Shown here in pieces: positions 37,517 to 49,900 of a stretch of DNA of 64,000 nt. The notes below the pieces were generated by a model. That model was not told where the DNA came from and did no database searches. It was given only the letters and a program-made list of their open reading frames with translations. The position numbers and the translations under genes are program-made. Each line of letters begins with the position of its first letter. Within the stretch, counting starts at the first letter, position 1. This DNA is from Phoronis australis. Lineage: Eukaryota > Animalia > Phoronida. Location: contig NMRA01000330.1 of the NCBI GenBank assembly GCA_002633005.1, positions 437,705 through 501,704 on the forward strand, written 5' to 3'.

Positions 37517-40397
37517 CTGCAAAAGAAAAGAACTACTGAACAGGCCTGCTAAACACCATTTTTACCGTACATGATTAGCCGTCAATCTTAAATTCTTAAC
37601 CAACCACGGTCGACCGTTCTCAAATTATTGTCAAATCAGCAGGCAACTTCAGTCAAGTCACAGGGGCAATGCGTACACGTGCGCACTTTTTGAATTGGCA
37701 ATTTTAGGGTTTACCAAAATCAAGAAACTCTTGGGGGTACACAATAGTTGAAGCAGCGTAAACCGAAAATCAACGTCATTCGTCATCATCGCAGTAGCCG
37801 GGAACACAAGTGTAAAATTGCACAATGATCCTTTGGCAGAGAGAACTGGAAGACAATCGAAATGGCCCCCGCACCGAATTCGTTGAACCTGTTCGAAAGT
37901 GGGAATATAATAGTATATCGTGGTCTCCTTCATTAAAATCCTTAGATTTGATGAATTCCAAATGACCAACTATAGACTGAGACATATGCAAAGAAAACCT
38001 GAATTACCACACGGAAGTTGCCACATTTGTTCGATCTGTCCGAAAGTCAATATTAGTCGTTCATAATGACCCTGCAAGCGGTTTGATAGATGTGGCGAAC
38101 GCCAAAAAGCAGACGTGAAAACAAATTTAAAATGTCTGTTAGTGGTGCAGATCGTCTGAAACTGGGAAGGCGTCAATACCTATTTACAAAGTTGCACATT
38201 ACCAGCAATATTGAAACCGTGAACTGCGCATGCGCGAAAATCACTCAGTTAGCCCCCTTCAGGATACATGTGATTCGCAGAAAAACACGGCGTGAGGGTC
38301 TTATTTATGAATCAATCACATTTGCCGATAGCAAATATTATAGATATGTATTTTGTTAAAAACGTGGCCAAGTTTCAGCAAAATTAGAAAAAAAATTATG
38401 TTTAACATGGTATGGCCAACGTTTTGGCTTATTTTGTCGCTTCGAGGAATCGCCGCTAAAAACCAAAAAGTGCATGTGAGAAAACGATAATTTTCGATCA
38501 AGCCTTTCATGTGCAGTTAGTTGCCGATAGACCCAACAGATGTCAGTATAATCAAGATTGAAATGTAGGAGTTTGAAGAAAATTAGACAAAATTTTGTAT
38601 TAAACATGGGGTGGCCGAAAATTGCCAATTTTGGCCTTTTGATAACAGTTTATCATCATAGACTATTTTATCATTAGTGGGTCTAGTTAATTCGAAGTTT
38701 TTGGTTAAATCACTTATAATATTCACACTAGTATACTAATAAAAATTTTCTCTATATATTACAGTTTGATTCCAAAGTTCTAAGTAGTGCGTACAACAGG
38801 GAGTGGCCCTTGACCGGCCCGGCCCATAGTATGGGAGCTAAAATTCAGCTCTAAACCAAAGTAGCTATGTCAGTGAGGAAAACTCACCTGAGGTGTTTAC
38901 GATCCACTTCAGAAAAAAAAACCTCGTTGTACCAAACAATAATTTGTTTCCGAGTACTTCGGGCATGGTTTAAAATTGAAAAGGGTCATTACAAGTTGAA
39001 TTTATGAGAATTGTATTGTTGCATTGAGAAATGAAAACTAGTCCAATTGAGGTAGGTGCGAGATAAGGCAACGAGTAAGGACAGCTTTGATTTGCTTGCG
39101 AGTGGTGACTCATGATATTGGCCAGACATCTGTATTGATATGTTTTGTCTTTCCTTTTTACGGAATATATTTGAACTTTGGTAATTTTGGGCTACAAAAT
39201 GTAGAACAACCTTCCTGGTGTTTCTCTCCACTAGTAGACACGCGGAGAGTGAAGCGCTTTCTGGTCCATAAGCGATGACCTAGTTTACGCAGAGAACCTG
39301 GCGGATGATCTAGTTTACGAATCATGATTGCTGGTAATGACGAAATCATTTCAAGGAGTACAATAGATAAAAAAGTAAAACTACTCGAATTCGTCCGAAA
39401 GTGCGCTCCATCAATTGAAGTACGTTTGCAAAAATTCAAGTGCTTCAAGGTCGAGATACGCACACACATCCATGGGCGCATAAAAATATGTTTCTAAAAA
39501 AGTGATACGGATGGGTGTTTTTTGCTATATAGTAGCGATCCACAGGTTCAAAGATGAGTCGGGCGCAGATACCTGAAAAACGAAATACGAGTTTTCGGGA
39601 TATTATACAGTTGAAAAACGCGCAGGCCAACGCCTTTTCAGAAACACGCCGAATCTAAAATTTATTTAGGCCTATACAGAACACTGAGAAGCAGTCGTGA
39701 ATACAAAATCCGAAAAGCTTTGGGGTCACTTTGCCATCTCCAATGCATTGCCAAGGGTAAATATCAGACAGTCCCTAATTCGTTTTGTAAAGACGAACCA
39801 ATCAAACACTGTAGAAGTGACGTCATTTCTGAAATATACATGTACGCCTACAACAGACGTTTGTCCGCCATCTCAGGCAACATTCCTTTTCCATACGTAA
39901 TCGACTGAAATATTTTAATTCAGTAAAATCATCACCACATACCTGTTTGGTCGTTACAGTCTGGTGAGGTGCAAGCAAAACAAAGCGACCATAAACACAA
40001 GAAAAATAATTCAAAGAACAGGCCACTTGATGAAAATGCATACATTTCGCCTATCCCGTGGATTCGTCAACGCCAGATTACGTCTAGACGCTCCTAACAC
40101 GTGCAAGGCCCACGTGCAGTCAAGGAAACAGTCGAGTCGTGATTTCCAATTTGACTTCAAGACTTCAAGCCAAAAATATAAGCAGCGCGTGCACCGTTTT
40201 GGTGCACTGCGCTAAAACGGTCGTGTGTTGCATTATCACAACTTTTGTAGTAAAACAAGAAGGGTTGCGTTTGTAAAAACAGAATTGTCGGTTAAGTTCG
40301 ATGGAACTGGACCAATACCCTCGGCATTGATCAACCGCAGATTTTACACATATGACTACAACCAGCATCACAAAATGCACACCGTTGTCCAGTAGCT

Positions 40398-40868
40398 GAT
40401 GGAAGTGCACTTGGTGGTACAGGTGACAATGGTGGACGTGCACCTGATAGTACTGGTGACAATAATGGTAGATGTGTACCTGATAGTACTGGTGAGAATG
40501 ATGGACGTGTACCTGATGGTATTGATGACAATGGAGGACATGTACCCGATGGTACTGGTGACAATGGTGGACGTGAACCTGACGGCGCTGGTGACAATGG
40601 TGGACGTGAACCTGATGGTTCTGGTGACAATGATGGATGTGTACCTAATGATACTGGTGACAACGATGGATGTGTACCTAATGGTACTGGTGACAATGAT
40701 GGATGTGTACCTAATAGTGCTGGTGACAATGATGGACGTGTACTTGATGGTGCTGGTGTCAATGATGGACGTGTACCTGATGGTACTGGTGACAATGATG
40801 GACGTGTACTTGATGGTACTGGTGACAATGATGGACGTGTACTTGATGGTACTGGTGACGATGAGTAA
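40398..40868. repeat. 33-bp minisatellite, ~14 copies
   Basis: Consensus ggtgacaatgatggacgtgtacctgatggtact; one unit is 36 bp. Confidence 0.95.
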
Positions 40869-43800
40869 ACTGTGACATACAGTACTGTCAATGTTACGTA
40901 GGACTTAAACAGTCTGTGTATTTCGCCAATTGTCGAGAAAACTACCGATTTTAACTCAGTAAAAGTACGGTGTATTTATTTTCTGAAGGTACATTAATTG
41001 TATAAATCCTGCAATTTGGTTCTTGGCTTTTTACTAATCTACAATTAATTGTGTCACATGATCATGTCTTTTTAGTAAAAAATAGCAAAAAGGAAAGTAC
41101 ACCGATAGCAATAACAAATTGAACAAATTTCATTTGATAAAAATTTTCAAGATGAAATCTCAAAAACGCTGTTAGTCTTCTAAATTGGTCATTTTGCTTT
41201 CAGTTTATGCAATGTTTTAGTTTTTCACAGATATTTGATATACCCTTATGCAAAAGTACTGACATATTTTAAAATAATTCCTTATAGCACTTTGGAGTAC
41301 AGCGCACAAAACCAAATATCTAAGTTTCGTGTGTGAAAGCGGTAATCCATTTATAAATATATTGCAAAGTTAGTCAAATTTGGACATTTTTAGGGTCCAA
41401 CATAAGCTGGACACGACATCAAATAGAAAAGAAAATAATCAAGCTCGGTGAATACAATGTACGGTTCATACGTGTCAACCATTATTTGCTCTATCCATAG
41501 CAGTTTTTTTAAAAATATAGCACCGACAAAAACCAGTCAAAATATCAAATGTCAAAATACATTACATGTACATGTACCTACTTACCTGTTAGTGGCTCTT
41601 ACTGTACATCTATTAACTGTGAGTGTTGTTATTTTGTTATACTACTTGGTAACTCCTTTGGCCCTGTCAAGTAAGGCTCGTGATATGAGATTATTTGGAC
41701 AAAAGAGATTGGCAGTAAAAGCCAGGATTGAAAAATTTATTAAGAACATTCGCAAAAATGCATATTAATCATCGAAAATACATTGAGCATCTTGGCGCTA
41801 CAAGGTAGCACTATAGAAACGGCAAAAACGTACATAATTCCCTGTATTGGTTGACATGTATGACAATTAGTATTGCATTTCTCCTGAAATACGAATTCAC
41901 AATGAAGTTTCACAGTAGAGCTCAGTTTTCACAGCCAACAGCATCTACTTGTACCCACAAGACATAGTGACAAATGTCCGACTTTTCCCATGATAAAATT
42001 CAATCCCCAAAACAAAACGTGAACTAAAACTCTAAAAACATGCCAAAAGCTTGCAATCAGTGTACAAGTCGTTTCTTTCCATTACATAATGGCATTTGAT
42101 AACCAGGATGCCAAGATGAAGTGAGCCAAATGACTGACATAATTTAATTCAAAAGAAATGTAACAAGACAAACATCAGAGTAACAAATAATCTCTACAAA
42201 TTCTATCTCAAGCACTGTAATCATCAAATGTGTTGTGGCATCATACCACTGACTCACCAGAAGTTCTGCTTAACTACCACAGGTGCCATGCACCAAAGCA
42301 AACCATTTTCCATCAAAAAGAACTCTGGCAATCAATCAGCTGTTAAATTGCTTTGGTTTTGCCCCTGGATGTGCCACTGAAAGGGCATTTTCTTCATAAC
42401 TGCATGGCATAGGGGAAACTGGCCAACCAAACGACAGAGATTACAGTTCTTTGCATGGCACAGGTGATATTTGCCAATCACACAATGGAGAATACATTTT
42501 TTTTTTTGCCTCACAGCCACACTCCAGTTCAATGGATTTTGTAACTTAATTCTTGATTTTGAAAATAATGCTGTGATAAGAACGTCCCAATTAAATGATA
42601 AAGCATAGTAAACATTGTTCGTTCATAGACACTTTCATATAATTATTTGCAGTTGAGCCATTACGGTATTTTCCAGTTGCTCCCAACTTGCTCGATTCTA
42701 TATCCAAACAACAAGTTGGGAAGACGACCCCTTACATGACTGATTAATTCAATTCTGGCATTTATGGTTGGAGGACCAGCTCTCTTATGTTCGATAATTG
42801 GTCTCACCTCCAATAAGATGGTATCTAGCCAGACTGGGCTGAGCTGTTAAAAACAAAAGTTAAGTTATAACATTTTCGAACATAAACCAATAGCATTTCT
42901 GAAATCCTCGTCAAATGGTGATCATGTTTAGTTTTTGAATCGCCAAAATCGCCCAACTACAACCGAAGTTACGATAATCTGTTCTTTCCAAACGTGCCAA
43001 TTTGCTCTGAGTTTGACTGTGCATGTCCACAAGTGGTCTTTATAAGCCTGGTAGATAACTGGCCTGCCTGTTGTCATACCAGACAAAAGACTATGCTCAG
43101 CTAGATGTAATCACACGCTCACAACCCTCTATGTCTGGTAAAGTCACTGAACAGGAGAACACCGTCATGCCCTAAGTACAGTTTTCCAATTTCTTGGCAT
43201 TGCATGTGCACCACATAATGAAAGCATTAGTTATTTAGACAAATTATCCTGAATATCAGAGTGAGGTAACAATGGAACTTGTGACTTAAGTGCACTATTG
43301 CTCTAGACAATACTGAAAAAAATTCTTCATCTAAGAATTGTAATACCTGACTGGACCCGGGGCCATGAGCACCAAACTTTATACTCAGTCCTTTAAATTA
43401 AAAATACTCCAAATGAGTAATTTCTCATGTTTTGGAGACAACCAAAATGTACTCAGCAAAAACTGCTCGAAATCTTGAACAATGCTCAGTTTAGTAGCAC
43501 TGATTAATTCTCATGAAAAATCTCCAGAAAAGTCCAAGATTGCTAAGAGGAGAACTTGAAGTACACAGTGCAGTTTATTTGAAGGCTGAAGTTCACAACT
43601 TGATATCTAGTTATACAATGTGAGTGTGTTTGCAAAAATGGCATTCTGCATGTGAATAAATAAAATTTGAAATTCAAAAGTATACCGCCTGCACTTTTTC
43701 ATTCGTAAAATCCAGACAACAGTGATCTTTTTCTGATCATACTTCCTTCAATGTTAAACTTCAAATTCATTGACTAAACAACAGAGGGTGATATGTTTCA

Positions 43801-43996
43801 AAACGCCTTAACTTTGATTTGACCTTGTTTTATGGCATTTAAGACATCCATAAAAACTTGGAACAGTTCTCAAGTCTCAGTATTTCTTGAAGGGACTTAA
43901 CTAAGGATCTGAGCAAAGGTTGGTTGTCACATGCCTAAGCCTTGTTGCCACAAAAGAGACCAGAGCACCCGCACTCTAGTTTCTATCACAATCTTC

Positions 43997-46900
43997 TCAT
44001 GATGGCTTCAAAGTGGACAGGAGTGACAAATAGTCAGCCAAAAACTGCGCCTCCTTGTCTAACGCCAAGTCCAAGTAATCTTCCTCATTCTGGGCGATGT
44101 CAGGGAGGAGGGACTCAATGGCTTCCTTCTCCTTCTCACGGTCTTCTTGAGACTTTGAGGGGCCTCCTACAGCAACAACAGGTATTGAGTGATGAAACGA
44201 ATCTAAACTTATAACAAACAACAATCCAATACTGACAGTAAAACTCACTTAAGTCAAATGAAACTGTACAGAGACTTTATTCAAAAACAAAAATTTAATA
44301 TCTGAACAGCAGAGTGGACGGATTAGAAGAACTATACGATGTTTTGAGAAACTTTGCCTAAGTGAAAATCCGACTTATGCATGTCCAAGTTTTAGTGTAA
44401 TGCAATTTCATAAATCCACACCTATTGTGTCATAAGACCAGTCAGTCAGTTTCTCATCTTACATAGATTTTTAGTGATGATGAGTCTAGCACTATGACAC
44501 AAGATGGACTCAGGAAATACGAATAACAAGAGCAGTCACATCAAATTGTCAATAATTTTGAAAGTTTTTGAGATTTTCCCATGTAGGTAACTGTGTGTTC
44601 CAATTAAATGGTGTCCGCCCTTTGTGTACTCCAGGAAGAGTTGAGAATGATTAAAATTGACGAGTTCCATAGCCAGGTCAGGATGTGTTCTGCAATTTAA
44701 AGTTCACTGTATTCTTTGGGGATATTAGCTCACTCTGACTACGTCAGACAAGTTAACACAAGTCAGGTCATCCCACTGTGGTCCTCCAGTTGATCCCTTT
44801 CCAACTATGTGCCTTGATTGCAATCAGAATATTTGAGCATTTTCAGAACGTATGGGTTAAACACAACTGCCCGGGAATACTCACAATAGGATTGGCTTGC
44901 GAAATTAACTCAAAAGGGTGTTGTTTCAGGAACAAAAACTCTACTATAAGGTGATGTTATAATAGAAGCTCTCCACAAAAGGGTCAGTCCCTACTTTGAG
45001 TCCACACTAAATGGGTGGGTATCCTAGTTTTCCAGCTACACCTCCCGTTAAAATACAGTTCATAGTTTTCCCCAGAGTCAATAGCCACCTTTTCCAACAG
45101 AAGACGTGCTCGCATTCTGTGTGTCTGCAGAAGTGCCACCTAGTGACGATCGTTGAGCCAGCAGGATATCTATAGCTTTTTGCACATTGCCGTTAGTTTC
45201 TTGTAATGTGCAACGGACATTTTCATAGTCGAAACCAAGGCATGCAACCTACAGAAGAAATCCAACATAACGACAGTATTAAAAAAGTGCAATTAATTTC
45301 ATTTCAACAGAAAATTCTCACGTAAACAACTAAAAGGGTTTTGAGGTGATCGGCTTGGAAGATTGATCTTAAACATGTAATGGACCTACAGTACAAGCCA
45401 AAAGCTTTCAGACAAAATGACCCAGAATTCCCCGTCATGTTAGCTGGGTGGAACCAAATTCATCATGAGAGCTTCTCTCATGAACGATAATGAACAGGAA
45501 TGAACAGGGAATTTAGTAAGGTGGCTCAGCGGTTCTGTAATTACAATTTTGCCGCCATAATAGTTATAATAGTTATAATAGTTATAATAGTTAATTTTTG
45601 CTGTTAAGAGAATTAGCTGTCATGACCGAAAAATTTTACTTTGTATGATTACTTTGTACTGTACAACTTTTCAAGTAGTAGCTGATAAAATTTATTTTTT
45701 TTTTCTAAAAGCTACTATGATCCCTCAATAGTATTACCTACAAACAGTATTCAGATATGCATAATAACTGGAACATGAAGCAAGTTTTGTTGGATTGTAA
45801 TAGTGTTGGAACGAAATAAACCAGTTTGTATGGAGATGTTCTCATTTGATCACGTTTGTGTAATAGAAAGCGCAGAGTCAGCAAACTAAATACATTTTAA
45901 GCAACGATCACATGGCAGAAAAGAATCCTATGTTGACATCCTAACCAGTCCAGATTGGGCAACACAAAAGGTTTGCGCAACACTAAATCTGCCAGTTCAA
46001 ATCAAAGACACTATGCTTTTGTGGTTTATTAAATCACTTAAGGCTGCTGATGTTATCGTTCTCTAGATAATGAAACCATCATAAACTCATTGGGGGCAAC
46101 AACAGTGTTTTTAAATTTTCGTTTTGAAAGTTTGTAAATACCATTATATTAACTGTCCTGTGATTAGCTTTTTTGAATTTTGAAAATTGGACAAGAAATG
46201 TCACTTTTTCAAGTCAATGACGAATAAAATTTGAATAAATGAGGAAACTGCATGTTTACTAACAGCTAATTACACTCACATATAACTCTGTAATAGTATT
46301 TTGTTCTTATGCTAAACGTAACGAGTACCACACTATCAAACTGATTACATAAACTCAAACTATGAGGACACAAGTTAACTGTCCCTGACACTGTAATACC
46401 TGAACAATCTGTAATACCTGAGCAATGAGTTCATCTGTAACTGGTATCAATTCTTCCGCGTCATATAACTCAGGTTTTTCTTGTAATACCTTCAACAACA
46501 AAATCCTGGTGTAATTACCATAACAATAGTTCCATCATTCATCTTCATTACTTGAAAACAAATAACAGCTTTAATTACAATGTTATATACAGAGACCAGA
46601 CATTTTGTTTCATAACTCAAAACATCCTCAGTGGGAACACTGCAGAACAACCAAACACTAGAAAGACAGTCACAAAATGACCAGAGTTGCATTGTGGTAG
46701 AAGTACTTTAAATTTATTGTTAGTCAGAGAGAGGAAGGCTTTAGAATCAAGGATGTGCAAGGATTTATCACATTAGGTGAAAAAGCATTAAAAGAACCCT
46801 TGCCAATATGTTTGATTTCCAGGAGCAAATTTTGATCAAAAAATTTAGACTCCACTAACCTGAATTGCTGCTGTGACATCGTTTTCTGACAAACGTAGCG

Positions 46901-49900
46901 CCTCTCTAGCGGCCCCTGGTGGGAATCCCATGGAAAGCATAGATTCATAGCTGTCAACATCCAACCTTAAAACAAAAAACCACGACTTAAGTGCAGACAC
47001 TCAATCACTTTTGATCTCTGGAAAGAATGCTTCACTGCCGAATCTCTATCATATGTATTACCATGCATGGACATATTTAGGCCCAAGTGCCTAAAATAAT
47101 ACAAAATTTTTTTACAGAAAAAATAGCCAAGTATTTTGCATAAATGCTTGTGCCGAAGTTCCACTTAAAGGCACATACAAGTATTCCTTGTGTTATGTGA
47201 ATCAGTTTAACTGTTTCATAGTGACGTTTGTCCAATACTAGTACATTCAATTTGTTTAAAGTGCCAATAAACACATGTTCCATCAGAAAAACAACTAAAC
47301 CACTTGCCGTTATAAAACTAATCTCAAAATGTATCTCTGACAAACAGAAAAGAACATCAAGACTTCAAAAGAACTGAAAGTACATTATTACTCGAGGCCA
47401 GACTCAACAAGTTGGCTCGTCACGCGGTGTCATTTTGAGCGTCGAGAATGGTCGCAAGGAGTAATGAACTGTCAGTTCTTTCCAACTCAGTAATCACTTC
47501 TCACCTGAGCAAGGAACATGATAAGAACAGTTCTATAGCAGTTACCTTGCTTTTGGACGGAATGCGAGAGTACAGCCATGTTAACATTACTCGAATACAT
47601 GTCCATGTCAACTGCTACATGTATGCAACAGGGAAGTCAAACTTAAATCGCAATTTATTTTAAGCAAATGTGCTCCTTGGTTTTGCAAGTGTGTCGCACG
47701 CAGGTGTATGCGCCTCATTCAAGATATAGGCACAGGAGCATGGTTATAAATACATCGACATAAGCATGGCAAGTTGTGAGTAGCAGAATCAATACATGAT
47801 TGTTCAATACAAACTGAACCTTGCAGAGGCCATATCAACACTGAAACTAAACAAGCATCATAATATGCTGTAATTAGAACTTACCACATCCCTTTGTTAG
47901 TTTTCCCCAGATCTTTGCCTCTTTTCCGTTTCTCCTTGTCATCCCGTTCCTTCAGACGTTGTTCTTTCTTTTCCTAAAAAATTCATAATTGGCCTTAAGT
48001 TATCATAGCCTAGCTTGAGTGGAAACGCACACAAATAAGTTTCCTATGATCAGTTTCGAACATTACTCCAATGCCGTACATTGCCAATTGCAACGAATGA
48101 TTCGGCTTACAGAATACTTCCAACTACGTCAAAGCAAGACTCCTTATACGGTGTTCTATTCATTACAACTACTTTCAGCATTACATTCTGAGTTGCTGTG
48201 GTGTCCCAATATGGCACAAAGAGGTCACATGAGGTTAACCTGATTAAATTGTTTATAATATATAACAGACAAAACTACACTTACAGCCCATATGCTCAGA
48301 GAAAAAAAATTAGCTGTGAAGTCTGGAATTTTAGTTCTCACCTATATGCAAAGTGTTTGAGGATGGGATGAATTTGCTTCAAGCATAACTCAGACAATCC
48401 TTTCATACTCAAGTACACACACAATATCACGTTCAAATGTGGAATTTTTATAAGACAGCAGATAGGACGTGTCATCAGAAGGCACATCAGACATTTGAAA
48501 GGAATGTCTACAAAAGCATCCTCCCTGCCGTCTGATGAGTAATTGGGATTTTATGCCAAGTAATCTTGACTGGCAAATCACGCACAATCATCATAAGTAG
48601 GTAGAATCTAACCACCCATCACGTCGCTGGAATGTATGTTTCTCACGGTAAGACGGATAATCGGACATCTGATTTGGGGTGAAGATGATAAGAAAGCAGA
48701 ACAGATGTCTAATGAGTGCTCACATGTGAACGTTTTCAAACAGCGGATCTGATGTCCAATTGACCTTCTGATTGACCTTCTGATTGGATGGAAAGTAAAC
48801 AGTGTATAATGAACTGTGAAATTTCACACATAGACGTCAAGACAGTTCCAGAACAGACTCTGTCAAACATTGGTTGAAGCAAATGTGAAATTTCACACAC
48901 AGACGTCAAGACAGCTCCAGAACAGACTCTGTCAAACATTGGTTGAAGCAAATGTGAAATTTCACACACAGACGTCAAGACAGCTCCAGAACAGACTCTG
49001 TCAAACATTGGTTGAAGCAAATGTGAAATTTCACACAGCAACCCACTGTGGCGAGCGTCTGCAGAGAGATCATTGTGTGAAGCTTGATATATAGCAATTC
49101 ACACAATGATGTCACAGCAGATACTCAACACAGGAAGATACCCTATGCCCCCATGTTTAAAGGGGTAGTGACCTGGAGTAGTGAATCCGGGGGTCACCCA
49201 TATTGACTAGGTGCCCGCAGGCATGCACCATAAGTTTTGAGGGACCAGCGCGGGATCCAATAGGCCCCTAAATTTCAATTTCGTCCCCGCAAAAGGCCCA
49301 CTGCAATGACCTCAGTCCTGCAAAAGGTGCACTGGCCATATTCCTACCTGAATAGGCATCACTAATAACAACTCTTGATTCCTGTTTTAATATAGACCTG
49401 GCTCTCGCAATAGGGGGTCTCTTGCTAATTTTTGGTACACACCTGCGGGCACCTTGTCGATATGAGTGAACCCCCCAGGGAAGTGATAAGCGAAGCTGGC
49501 AGAAAAGACTGTCAAGAAAAAGACAACACAGACACTAATGTCCAACAGCTTATGAATGGACAACAAATACCATGATTATCAAAGTTAACTCTGGTAAGTG
49601 TCAAGCACGTTGCATAATGGCTTGACTGAAAAACATCAGACAAAGATGGAAGCTTCATGGTCTCAAAGACTCAGTAATGTCAGCTTATTACAAAAGCTTT
49701 CACAAACCTCCTGTTTTCTCATGATATGTTGTACAGCCGCATCTACGTTGCCATCACAGGCGCGCAGTCCCAGTCTAGCCTCTTGGTGTGTGAAACCCAT
49801 GGCCATCACTGTACGGGAGGTGAAGTTTGTCATTAATTGTCATAGCAACATGGCATTAGAATAATGACTGAGCTAATACGTCACCGACAACCTCTCTTGC

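Noticed and set aside
42660-42843. Open minus-strand frame after a good acceptor downstream of the NUB1 stop
   Set aside because: No recognisable protein and no matching donor found. It is more likely 3'UTR sequence.
48814-49037. Regular repeats with an internal palindrome, superficially CRISPR-like (also the 63437-63581 repeat pair)
   Set aside because: The 69-bp units are head-to-tail with no unique spacers, and the 63437 pair has only two copies. There are no cas genes and the context is eukaryotic.
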